Below the pieces are notes generated by a model, which did no database searches, was not told where the DNA came from, and was given only the letters and a program-made list of their open reading frames with translations. Shown piece after piece: positions 51,519 to 64,000 of a stretch of DNA of 64,000 nucleotides; position 1 is the first letter of the stretch; each line of letters opens with the position of its first letter. The stretch is from Catajapyx aquilonaris (lineage: Eukaryota), in NCBI GenBank assembly GCA_000934665.2, contig KZ538025.1, forward strand, positions 1-64,000, written 5' to 3'. The translations under genes and the position numbers were made by a program.

Positions 51519-54500
51519 TCACGTGCCGCGTTCGCGTATCTTGCTCTCAAGAACTTTTCAGTGCCATATTCTTTTCGATTGTTGAAAGATAAATGTTGCC
51601 TTCGACTATAGTGCGTACCCTTGATTTCCAAGGGAGGCACCACCCTTATGTATCCTGTAATCTCTGAAAATGGGGACCTGCCTGCGACATTTTGCCAACT
51701 AATAAGGGTAATTTGAGTCATTGGGGGCCGAGTGGGAGTTGTCTTCAGAAGGGGGTGCCATCAGGAGCCTCTCCCAGAAAACCCACCTCCACTAGTCCTT
51801 CTATGGGCGGAGGGATACTCATTAATGGTTATATCTTACCTGGACCTTTGTAATTTGGGACCGACTCAGAGCGTCTTTAGAGGGAATCTAAATGCTTGGC
51901 GATGTTTTTAAAGATGTGTGTGAAAATTCATGATTGGAGCAAGTTAATGGAGAGTTTGTAGCAGACGTAATCATTTTCGCGGAAAGGGCTACCTATAACA
52001 AAAAGGTAGCACGTTTTTCCCATATTCCTGTCATTTCACGCCAACTGACGATGGGATAATGGGAACCAAAGTATAGAGGGAGGCGAAATTTGTGGTCACT
52101 TCACAAGTTTTTATGCGTTTTTGCAACTGATTTTTTTGTGTGTGTGCTACTGACAAGAAGCGATTTACGCGCACGAATTTGAAGGAAAATGTTTCGTGCA
52201 CTTGGATCATATTTTTAAGACGTTGTTTACGTAAAAACACTGATTTTCAGTTTCTCAGAAGAGTTGTTTTTGTAAGTACTTAAGAATGAGCAAGGCTGTA
52301 ATAAGTGTAATATTCACAACTTTTTTCCTGACTTTTCCGGTTAAAATTGTTACACACTATTCCTACCACTTTTTTAAACACAGGTTTTATGCGAAGGGCT
52401 GTTTACGTGTGAAGTTTAGTCACACGATTCTAATCAGCCAAACTCGTTATGGCTGCTGTTTTGCCATGCACTGAATTGCACTAGATCAGTTACATTGTGT
52501 AAATTATTTTGAAATAATGTCAATGATTTTGAATATTCCTAATTATGTGATGAGTAATTTATTTAGGTGCAAGTGTGGGATTTAATTCAACAAATAATGA
52601 AGAGTGTCAGCATAATTTTTTTATACTGAATCATGCTTAATCTTTTACAGGTGCAGCACCTACTGGATGTTGCGATACCAGTAAGCAAATTTTTTAATCC
52701 ATGTTATTATGCACTGAAAAGTGATAGCATCGGTGTGGGAGCCCCATTTTGTCAAAATAACTGCTGAAACTGGTCGATAAGCATCTGTCGTTTGCAACTC
52801 AGACACTGGAAGAGAGCTTATCAGCACAGCTAGATGAAGCGCCGGTTGATATTCTTAATAGATAGGACATGTAGAAGACGAGTGGGGAAAAAACAGGGCG
52901 GGGTTTTTTTTTGTGTGAAAAAAAAGGAGATTGAAGTAGAAATCCATGTAGCTATCAGTTAGGAAGAGGTCGGGTTGACTTGGACGTGCGGAGAAGAGAA
53001 GTGGGTGGATCTTATCGGATCTACAAGTAGTGGGCCTCCTAGAGCGACGGACAGCCACAAACTTGAAGAGAAAAAAAAAAGTCGTAGAAAAAAACGAGAA
53101 AAAGTTTGCGTTTTCTGTCCTCCACCCAATAGGACCACCCAGAAGAGCAGCTTTATGCCAACTCAAATGGCTACTGGGGTGGAAGTGGGAAATTCAGAGG
53201 AACGTTTTTGGCGCCATGATAGGTATCTCTCTGAAAGTCCGAGTGAAATATAACGACCGCAGAGGTAAGGGGTGGACACCTAACGCGAAAAAATACCTAT
53301 CGGGTGACACAAATTGGTGACATCCGAAGCAATTTTGGGGACCACATTATCAGATTTTAAGGCCAATTTGAAGCGTCTCCACCATCCCCTATTTGAGTGA
53401 CAAATGTGTCTAAAATGGCTCATCAATGACGGATTGGGGGTATCCCTAGACCTATTATGGCGCACGGTGGGAGAAAATGGTGGCTAATCTTTGGCAGGTG
53501 ACATGAGGACTTCCAAAAACTGTCTCTCCAGTTCTTTGTCACATCATCTCCTCGCTTCTAGTTTTATTCTGGTTTGTGTATAGTCGGTGTTGCTTTTTTT
53601 AAACAAAGAAACTAATTTAAATTATTGGTTATGTTGGGATAAAATTGTTTAAAAAATAAATATGTGCCTTCTCACATTTTTTGATAGAACAATCGGTTTT
53701 ATCGCCTCTTAACGACTCCATCTTAATATTCAGCACCATTTTAGCACCATCTAAGTAAAATAAATTCTGTAAAAACATCGCCCCCTATCACCTCTCAGCA
53801 CATCCATCAAGTCCATCGTTATGCAAATGCAGCCAAATCTCCCCCGATATAAAAATTAATCATGGAAGAAGCCAACCTGTAATTTGGCCTAATTCCCGGC
53901 CCTCCTTAATGGGAGTTTTAAGCGGGTGTGGAATGTTCATATAAAGCATCATGGCATGGATGCTTCTATACACTTGGTGCATTACAGGAAGGTGGTGCTG
54001 GTGGTGGCTTATGGCCCACTCACAATAAAAACTAAAGAAGAAAAAAAAACTGGTGAATAAGAGGCGCTTTAGGGGGCGTTGGCCACTTTGCGCTTTTGGC
54101 CCCGTGAGAAACTTGTTCTTCTGGAAACGCATGGAGTCAAAGGTCATTTTATTCGCTGATGAAGATTATGCAGCAGCAAATTTTATGGTATTAGTTCAAA
54201 ATGGTCTGCCTTATTTGGTTAGTGGTTTTGGCACTGGTTGCAGCTAACCAGATAAATAACTGCTCATAATCCTGGTCCAAAAATATTGCAAGTTATTGCT
54301 AATTACTGTATCATTTGTGGAGGGTGCATCATAAAGATTCCTGGGGGTCAGGGGAACATTTTATGTGGAGAAGCATCATTACTGAGATAATTAGTGTTAC
54401 CGGTCTATTTTTTTTAAATATAACAAATAACCATGTATACGAAGGACCGCATACCTGAAAGGTTATTTGACACTCCATCTTACTAATCAAGTAAATAAGA

Positions 54501-57500
54501 CAAAAGTCTCCCTTTTATATAATAACCAGGAACTGAATGTATAGAATTTTGCCATACAATTTTGAAGCACCCTGTGCAACTACTCGGCATTCGCATTAGG
54601 CTGTTTTATGTACTGTAAATGCTATGAGGAAGGTGAAATGTACTTAGGTACCTTGTTGGCGTCATATTTTGCAACCCAGGGAGTTACCATCATCTTGGCA
54701 TGTAGCAATTATTCAGTTGTAATGTCCTGCCACTTTTTTAAAAAGAATAACATTTTTATATGCCCATAATGGCACGACTGGGTAGCACATACGAGCACCT
54801 TAGTGTTCCATGGAAGGTAACATTTTTATTGTATTGCGACAGGGTCGTTATTATAGAAGTAAACGTTTTGTTTCGCAAAACCTGAAACTAGAAATTGACA
54901 TTCAAGCACTTACGGCCGGTTGTAACATAAATTACAGAAAAATTATGGAGTATGTGTGAAATTGTATGTAAATTACAGGCACAATAAGACAAATTTGCAT
55001 TAAAATTATATGCAAGTTTTCTAAATATGCTGAAGAATTATTATTATTATGCAAGTTTTTATTGACATGCAAATTTTTGCGAAAACTATTTCTATGCATG
55101 TTCAGCACCGTGACCCTGCCTAATGCCATCCTGCCAATTACAATCGAATCCTTGAACCAATCAAGACGTTCCCTCCACAACCTAAAAAGTGTAGGCATGT
55201 CCCGTCAGATGGCAGCTCGAGATGGAGCCCAAAATTCTTCTCACTTTCTTTTTTTATTCCCCCCCCCCACCAACTTCACTATTCCCCCAAAACTTCACCC
55301 AAAAAAACCGGTCCACACTTTCACTACACCCTATGTGCAAATGTCGTCTAACTACTCCATTCACTACCTAGAAAATCTGTGAGAAAAAAAAATATATCCT
55401 TAAACTATAAGTAAAAATGATCAGGTAATCGGGGAGGTGTAACCCGTTTTCCCATACCGGAGATGGTCCGGATGAAACCTCCAAAAAAAAAAAAAAAACC
55501 GGTCCTGAATCAGACCTGTGGCAGACCCGCGCCCGGCACTCGGCCCCATCTCACCTTTCACCTCACCACTTTTTTTTTCGTTACTAGATTCCTTCCTTTT
55601 TCCTGGGAGAGGTTCGTGTGTGTGGGGTGTATGGATATCCGGGTGTATAATTGTGGGGGGGATGTTTATAGACGTCCGTATGCCAGACAGGTGGGGAATT
55701 TATTCTGGCTCTACCTGGGGTGGATTTATCAGAGGTCAGAGTTGGATGGTTCGTGATAAGGTCAAACCAGTATTGTTATCAAAAATGTTTATACATTGCT
55801 TCTGAATAGTAATTACACACTATTTAAGAAATCATTGTCGTATGACAGGTGTTGAGCAGAGCATATTGGGCAATATTGTTTGATTGGTCCTTTGTTTGGC
55901 GTCAACTATTTGGGTGTACTTTTGAGCTCTAAAGACTGTAATTACCTTACAAACCTTCTGAAAGCCGACTTGTCAGTTGTCCACGTGTTTTTCCAAGCGA
56001 CCTACTTTTCATCACCTGCCGCCATTTTGGCCAATTACCTGCCCTTCGTTTTTGTGCAAGGTACGTATTTGTCCTGGCTAATTAATTACCGCTCTAAGGA
56101 ATAAAGCGGTCGTGTCGTATCCCCTTCAGTCGGTATCTTTCAACAATAGGAGTAACAAAAGGCGCCTTTCAACCGAAGCGCTTCCTTCCATTTCTCACAA
56201 TCCTCTCTACTCACGTATGCTCGCAAGGAAATGATAAGTTAAGGTCATCTTTTAGGAAGATGGGAGGTTAGGGTCTTCGGGGGTGGAACATAAGTCTTCA
56301 CATTATGTCTTCTTCGTGTTTAATATGGCTAAAAAGACGGAAATGTGTCATCAGGATGCTTTTTACGAAAAATATATTTTAGTGAGTAAAAAATATTAGG
56401 ACATGCAACACGGAAGTGCCCACAGCTACTGTTGCATACATTTTTCTACAGTTGGTAACGCTTTAGTTTCCCCCTCTTTGGCTCTTAATAGTACGTTCAG
56501 AAGAAAGGAAAAAAAAAAGCTGGGTAATGATAGAAATGGTGGGTCTGAGTCCTTCTTCCAGGTTAAATAAATGGTGAGGTAATTGAGCAGGACGAAGAGT
56601 TGGCATGGCATGGGTCATGCTATTGCCAAAGGTGGAGGTGGAACCATTTTTCCTGGCACTTGCCGAGGACTAGGGGGATATAATCACTGCCATTTGCCCC
56701 CTTCTTAATGCCACCTGGGCTTCTTTTCCTCACTCACCTGGGGACACCAGAGACATTCACGGAACCCGTGTTCAAATAACATGGGCTTCTTTTTTTTCCC
56801 CCTGTTCCGACTCCAACTGCTGTCAATTTGCATGTGTAATTTGGGATGTTTCATATAGACTGACCTTCACTTACGAATGCAAATTATACCGCTTGACCAA
56901 TGATAGCGTTCAACTTCCTACACGTATATGACGTTGCTTCCGGGCTTATAAACCGTACTGAACAGCTTGCGAGATAAATGTTTACACATTTGATAAAAAG
57001 TAATTAAATTGAAATCAGGCTGTTTTATTAAAGCAATTATAATTCCAGCACTGTCTGGTTTGCAGCAGGCCAACACCCATTTGGAGCAACAAAACATGAT
57101 GGAATAGTGGTAATGACAATGTAGAAAGAAAAAGAGAAGGCAAGATTAATCGTAGCGGTCCGTTGAAACACATCCTGTTCTCCTTGTTCGTCTAATCACA
57201 GAGTAAAGCACCTAAACCTCATCCTTCTTGAAAATGAGTCGCATTTTTTGGGGGCCTAAAAATGAAATATTTGTAGCCTTTTAGTTCCGAAAACTAATAC
57301 GGTAAAAATGTTTAGCAGGTTTGAAAATTAGCTGCGAGAATATATTTTTTTTTATCCTCCCAGGTATGATGACTGGTGTGAGCTGCTGATTCCCGAACCC
57401 TGAAAATTCCTCTTTTACCTGTCTCACGCGAAGGGACAGGGAGGGTGAAGCCAGGGTTTTATCTTTTCTCAACATCCAGACCCATTATTACCTCATTGGC

Positions 57501-59412
57501 TCCCCAAAATTCGGTGGGATTCTTCAGCAAGTCCTCCTCCTCCTGACTCCGGATCCCACACGGATTTAGGAATCTTCAGTATGTGAATGCCCCACATTTT
57601 CAATATTTTTTCTCACCAGTCACCACAGATGGCGCTATAGTATCACCCCCTCTAGTGACAGTATAAGTTGCAGCTTGTCCACAGCATTTCTGTCTAACTA
57701 AGAAAATACTACGAAATGAGTGTTTTCACGCTAAATAAGTGCACCTGCACAATGTTTAGAAAGATGTGATTAGCCGGATGTTCCATGTTGGCCTTAGGGT
57801 GTTTCGTCAGTAAGGTCTCTACGTTCTCATAGGCACCTGCGTATGGGCGCCTAAGGAGGTATAATTATCCCATTCCGATGCTCCTCGTCAATAAAGGGGC
57901 GGTGGAAAGGGCAGGGCAAGAGCGATCCTACCCAAAGGGGGAAGTAAACGCTATAGGGGACATATGTCACGTGCCCCCAGACACTACCACCACCACCTGC
58001 CCAATGCAAAATCCACAGTTGTTTCTTCGTGCAGCAGCCGGAACTAGGTAACCTTGCCAGAAGGAGAGCCCACATTGGAAACACAAGGAAGAAGGAGGTG
58101 CTGTTGGTGGAATCGTTACTGTGTTGTGCCATAGGCGGATTTGTTTAGACCGGTTTCTTTTTTGTCAATGGACAGGGAGGGCTTCCTGTATCGCTCCAAT
58201 TGGACCACTTTAGGGAGGGGCACACTTTGGGCTTCCTCGAACGATCACAACCCACTCATTTGGTATTGAAATGGATATGCAGTGTGTGTGACCATTATTC
58301 TAAGAGAGAGGAAAAAAATTGGCACGAATAGGGAGAAGCCTAAATTGTTTCCAGGCACTTGTTATTATAGGGATATTTTAATAACTGAAATTATGATCAA
58401 GTCAAAATGACTTTGTGTTACATTTGTTGCTATATAGTATGTACACTTCTGTGTCATAAATGACTATTATAAATTTACACACAATTTAAAAGTAATGATG
58501 GAGCTTATTTGACACAAATGTTGTTCACCGTCTGCTTGTTCCAAGATGCAATTGTGAGCTAAAAATTGCACTCAATACATTCAGCACACGAAAGATTAAT
58601 TCAAATCTAAGCATACCACCGGACATACCATCTTGAATATTTTTGTTCAGATACAGAAAATAAATACAATCAGCAATGATCTTCAATTCGCAACGGTCCA
58701 AAACCTTGTGATCTGGGCTGGAAAATTGCCCATCTAATTACCACATGCATTTTACCCGCATGTAATAGTCGGTAGCAGCTTTCCCACTTCGTTCCATGAA
58801 TCGTCGCTGTGTAATTATCCAGTTATGATGGCGATCACAAACGGCACCTTTTGTGTGCAAGACCCTTCCTGGAAAGGTCGTGCTGATAACGAAGTGGCTG
58901 CTAATTTTTTTTCTTTGTTGCCAAGAAGTTCTGTTGACGTTGAATCGAGGGGTTTCTCACCCACTTATGGTGTACAAAATGCCCTGTCGGTCCTCTTTTT
59001 GACTGATGGCCTTTTCCGTTTGCAACTCCAAGACCCCGGCTCAGTTTCACCCTCACTCCTGGTGTCATCTTGTTTTCCTCCACTTCAAGATATGTTTGCC
59101 TAGGATTTGAAGAGGAAACTTAGAAAGACATTGCCACCCAAACCTTAAATAGCTAGTAGAGGTTAGGAACACCTGAGTGGCTGTCCTTGCAGAACCGACA
59201 CTTTCCCACCAAAAAATTGGGGTCTCCAAAACCTTGGAAGACATGGCCCGTGTCACGCCCTGGGCACATGCTACCAGTTTAGTGCTGCAATTTCAAGTAT
59301 TGAAGAGTCCCCCTTTTAAACGTAGCAAATTAGTTTAGTAGGTGGAACAAGAGACACTTTCACCCCGTTTTGTCAAGTGTCCAGCAATAAAACCGAATTG
59401 CGGGGAAGGAAC

Positions 59413-62400
59413 CGTGGGAACGTGCAGCTCAAGGTTTGACGTACAGTTAGCAATGCTGGGTACCAGAAACCTGTGGTAGTTGCATGAAAGTAAGTTTTTT
59501 GGAGGGCGGTTCAGAAGCGTGCCAGCAGGTTTATGCATAGCAGTCATGGGCTACTGGAATTGATAATTTTCATAATGGGGAAGGCCGGAACAAAAAAAAA
59601 GAAGCGGTTAAACAAGGGGGTTAGGTGAATAATTTCTTTCTGAGCAGGACCTAGTTGAGCTTCCGGTTTTCCCTGAACATGATAAAAAAAAACCGAACGT
59701 GAACATGCGTCATGATTAACTGGAAAGTGGCTCACTAGACTCCTGGTTTGAGGAAAATAAAATGTGGCAACCTAGCCTTCTTCTTTCATCCCTGTTGCGA
59801 AGAGAAGAAAAAGTGTTGGTCATTTTGGGGGTAACTTCTGGTCACTTGACTGGGTATACTCAACCGCCGCTGCTCAGCAGGGATTTTTTCTATGCTTTCC
59901 ATCCTTTTTGTACCTTTATGGTCGGCGTCGTGCTGGACCTGTCAATATAACGTGTGATTTACGATGGGGACACCTGTGCTGGAACAATTGTGTCAGAAAT
60001 GCCAGAAATATTTGTACGAATCAAAATGGCGCATCAACGCGACACGTGGGTGACGCCATCAGGTTTGCCGCAGATTTTTGGGTAAGCCCACAGGAATTTG
60101 ACAGATATCTGTCCTTAGTCCCTGTCATCCGAACCACATCCCCGGATGTTCTGGTTCGAAAAGCCCCGCCAGTTGGACCCGGTTGTAAATCTCCGGCGGT
60201 CACTCGGGGTCGTCTGCGGTGACATTTTATGCCCAGCATCTCGACTTAGAGGTTTTTACGGCCCAGGAGGGGTCGACAGACACTAGAGGTGCTTCCCCAG
60301 CACCCACGTCTCCTTTGTCCCTCCAAAAGTGTCGGGAAAGTGCCATAGCACCTGGGTGGGAGGTAGCTCGTGTCACACTCTGAAGAAAAAGGTGGGACCC
60401 AGGAAGAAGTATTGGGCTTTATAACTGTCTCCCGTTGTTATCCACAATTGTATATACTCAAATTAAGATAAAAATCTACGATTATACTGTATATATACAG
60501 TACTGTATGTGAATTTAACAAGGAAAATCAGCCATATTGCATTTCTTCATGCTGATATTTCCGGGTTTACAGTCACTAAGGGGGGTAATCAATTCAAATG
60601 TGAGTGATTGCCGTTGCTGAGGAGGAAGCGATCTGATGGTATGAGTAGAAAGGGCTCTAGCGACAGCCATCACTTTGCCTTAATCACAATTCAATTGGCA
60701 CCTTTGGCCGGTGTGTGTGGGCAAATGGACGTGAGAACCAAAAAGACGTGAGGCGAAAGAGATACTTGGTTGCTGGGGCTATAATTTAACTCATTAACCT
60801 GCCAAACGCGGCCAACTCAACTCTTTACAAGGAAAAACTCAACTGGTAGATTGTACTTGAAGAGCATGATCTGTCTTGATGAACTATGGCAGTTAGGGAA
60901 AATATAAGGGACAATTTGAATATTTTCTGAAAACATTTTCAACGATTACCTGAACAATGTCGCAGTTTACCTCAAACTCCTGAAAATGTCGAAAATGCTT
61001 TGAACTGACCCTATTTTTTGTGGCCAGGTGATCAAGATAAATCATTTGGACTGCAGTTTTAGCCCTGTTTTTCTCCCCCACCGTTTAATGACAGGTTACC
61101 TGAGGCCGTCCATTTAACCAACTGTGGCTGACACATTGACAAAAAGTAGCAGCCCCAGTGACTTACCCCTGCCATTCGGAGAACGGTTGGAAAAACGGGT
61201 CGGCTCTTTAATTTCCCTTCGACCCCTGGAGCCAACAATTTGGTTAGTCGGAGGCGGGTTCAAGATGTAACTGTAGGGTTAGCGAGGAGGTTCCGGTGAC
61301 TTCTGGGATTCCAGAAGAAAATCTGAGGGGGTCTTCCCCATTCCCAGGCGATGGGAAATAACAGCCTCGTGAGGCAGTTACACTGGAGGTATTTGGATAA
61401 TTTTAGGATCAGAAAAACCCCCCCACCCCCCATGGTCTCTATTTTTTATATAGTATAGTCTGGCACCCACAATAGAGGGGGGGGGGGGTCATACCGTTGA
61501 CCTTCTAGGGAATCTCTTTTTGACCCTGGGGGGAGTAAATGCTGGTTGGTTATTTGGCGGTGGGTTCCACCCATAGGTCTAATTATATCTGGCAATTAGG
61601 GGGTTTTAGTGCAGGAATGGGAAATTTATTGCTGCGTTGATTAGAGACTTGGGGAAGAGTGGTACTTAGAAGGGATAAATATTTGTTACAATACGAGTGT
61701 AAGAAATGAAAAAATTAGAGTCAAAATGAAGCTCTTGGCTACTTTGAAGACCATTGTAGTGGCATGTATACTGTATACGTAAAAATATTCGTGTCTTCTC
61801 TATAATAGTATGCAAAACCTTAGTAATGAATGCTAAAGTACCTTCCGTCTTGGTTCACGTTATAGTTGGCAGGCATCTCCATTTTCCTGAAAGGAGACCG
61901 TTCAGCTGCAGTTCAAATTATACACCAGTCACTTCCGACTTTTGTCTAGAGACCATCCCATCTCCTTTGTACTCAATAATATTTATTCCTCCAGCTGACT
62001 TCCAAGTACGGTTTTCTTTGGGTCGGTCGGCACGAAAACGGTGACCCGGATCATTAAGCAGTTCCTACCGCTTCCATAAACAATCTCTCCGCCTTGGGCA
62101 CCGGGAACGGTAGCCCACAACAACCTTGTCCGTTGACCCCATCCAGGTCAATCCTCCTGCCCTTCACTTATCAGCCACAGATAATCGGGAATGCCCATGT
62201 CCAGAGTGCACGCTGTAAAAGACAGGTCAGTGTGCTGCCTAGAACCGTTCTGTGTCAAATCGGACCCAAAACAGTTTGCCCTAAATTGGGTGCATTCAAG
62301 GGACGATCACCCCAAGGACATCCCCGACTTGGTCACGAGGTTTCGACTGAGAAGGTCGGGGACACTCAGCGGTCAAAACCGTGGGAAAGTTCGGTTGATG

Positions 62401-63444
62401 AATATTAAATTTGGTGGCTGACTAGTTGCAGATGGCAGCATCTTGCACGAAGACTCCTCCTCCACCTAGAAGGTGCCATCCTTCTAGGAGGCTGGGAAAA
62501 TCGAGTCTCCTCCTCTCCGACACGTTTTTTCGGCAGACCATGAGTGCAAAAAGATGGGCCGGGTATACAACAAGGCTCATTGTAAGGCGCCATGTGTGAG
62601 AAACTAGCTCTTACATGAAAGGATGAGGCCGACATGCAATGGCGTAATGGAGGCCGGTCAGCTATGGATTCCACCGCTCGCCATAGGGAGGCCCCAAAAA
62701 ATTACTGATTCTGCACTTATGGGTGGGATATTTTTTTTTGTTACAAGTAAAGTGGAATCTGGCTGACCTTCTGGTTGACAAGTGATTGGTTAATGTAGCG
62801 CTTTTCTTAAAAAGGTGAATCACAATGTTCTGTGAATTACTAGTAGATTTTCGCATAGTAGCGGTATCCTATATATCTTATAGGAACATCCCCCCTTGAG
62901 AGCGGTATTCTCATGGGCATAGCTCCTGTCATATACCTGAAATTTCGGCGGATCCAAATTACACCAGCCTCCAGACATGTAATGTATAGCTCACGCATGT
63001 CGATCCCTTCAGGGCGCCAACATTAATAACGATACTGTGAGAATACCTGCGAATTGAACCCTCCTACCTATCCCCTCAATCACGTGACATTACCGGACTA
63101 GGGGGTTTAAATGCTTCTTTTCCCTCCAACTTAATTCCTACCTTTCAAACGGCAATTGCGTTCCGAGGGACCATCAGATTGAGCAGCCATCACGCTTATC
63201 TGCCGGCTCTAAAGGTCACCGAAAGAGTTAGTGAATTTGATGGGTATCCAAGAAAAAGAGAGAGTTGAGGTCGATGTCTGATGTTGGCCGGATGAGGGCC
63301 GATCATAATTTAGAGGTTAGATATATATTTTTTTTATGAAGGAACAAGTGGTCGATCTTAGATATATTTTTGACGTCGATGATTCATCCTGTAGAGTTGG
63401 CCCGATCGTTTTTGGGCATCCCTGAAGTTTGGCCCTTTCCCACG
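59413..63444. promoter_or_regulatory. Cluster of six high-affinity Su(H)/CSL consensus sites (YGTGRGAA)
   Basis: Sites at 59413, 60730, 62380, 62595 and 63036 (+) and 63437 (-). The motifs are seen directly; function is inferred. Confidence 0.45.
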
Positions 63445-64000
63445 ATCATCCTTTCCACAAACTATTCCCTCCTACTTTTCCTCTTCAGCAACTCTTATTG
63501 GAAATTAAACATGTTGTCTCAGGAGGTTATACGCTACAGATGTATACACAAAGTGAGAGGTCAAGTTGCGGTTCTGGCCCAAATATGGGGGGGTGTCAGG
63601 CATATAATTACTGAGATTCATTAACATTTTGCGGTTTTTCCTGGGATTTGGATGAGTGGACCACCATTTCACATCGGACCACCTTCCTCATAAATGATGA
63701 TAGGGGTAATGCGTTGATCGGTAGCTACAACGCCTGCTGCTTCTGATGCTGATAACGGGTATATATTCAAAAGGTGGGATGAGTAGTTTTTTTTGAGGTA
63801 GCCGCTACCGGTCGTGCAAGGGTCAAAAAAAGTGGTAAAAATCCGGGAGCCAGTAAAACTATGCAGGATTTCCTTTTCATGTTGCAAGGTCAGTAAGTGT
63901 GTGATTGAGTGAGGTGAGTGTGGCATTCCAAGGATCGACTTTTCTTTGTTGAAGTTGTTCCTGTTTTTTTGTGAGCAAATTATACGAATGTTGTGAGATC

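Noticed and set aside
2186..55716. Zelda-type CAGGTAG sites
   Set aside because: About ten scattered copies, close to random expectation for a 7-mer in 64 kb, with no tight cluster.

Overview
Eukaryotic, most likely arthropod/protostome genomic DNA (inferred from the protein sequence and repeat types). The only intact protein-coding gene I can support is a minus-strand odd-skipped-family C2H2 zinc-finger transcription factor that looks most like sob (sister of odd and bowl). It has two coding exons (35922-34919 and 26631-26184) split by an ~8.3 kb phase-2 GT-AG intron. The predicted protein is ~483 aa with a polyQ N-terminus, five zinc fingers and a C-terminal eh1 (Groucho-binding) motif. The rest is a gene-desert-like, probably cis-regulatory landscape in which GC-richer blocks alternate with AT-rich spacers. 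A compact transposon island at ~15.3-18.7 kb contains a pogo/Tigger transposase relic, a tRNA-derived SINE, a hAT MITE with an 8-bp TSD, a Buster-like end and a dispersed duplication. Elsewhere there are a Tc1/mariner mini-MITE, a Helitron-like intronic element, a possible LINE endonuclease relic and several short tandem or inverted repeats. I found no clearly novel multi-gene system. The best leads are regulatory and are all inferences: a uORF whose stop overlaps the start codon, a possible intronic-polyA Drumstick-like short isoform, a Su(H)/CSL site cluster and a perfect 19-bp hairpin.
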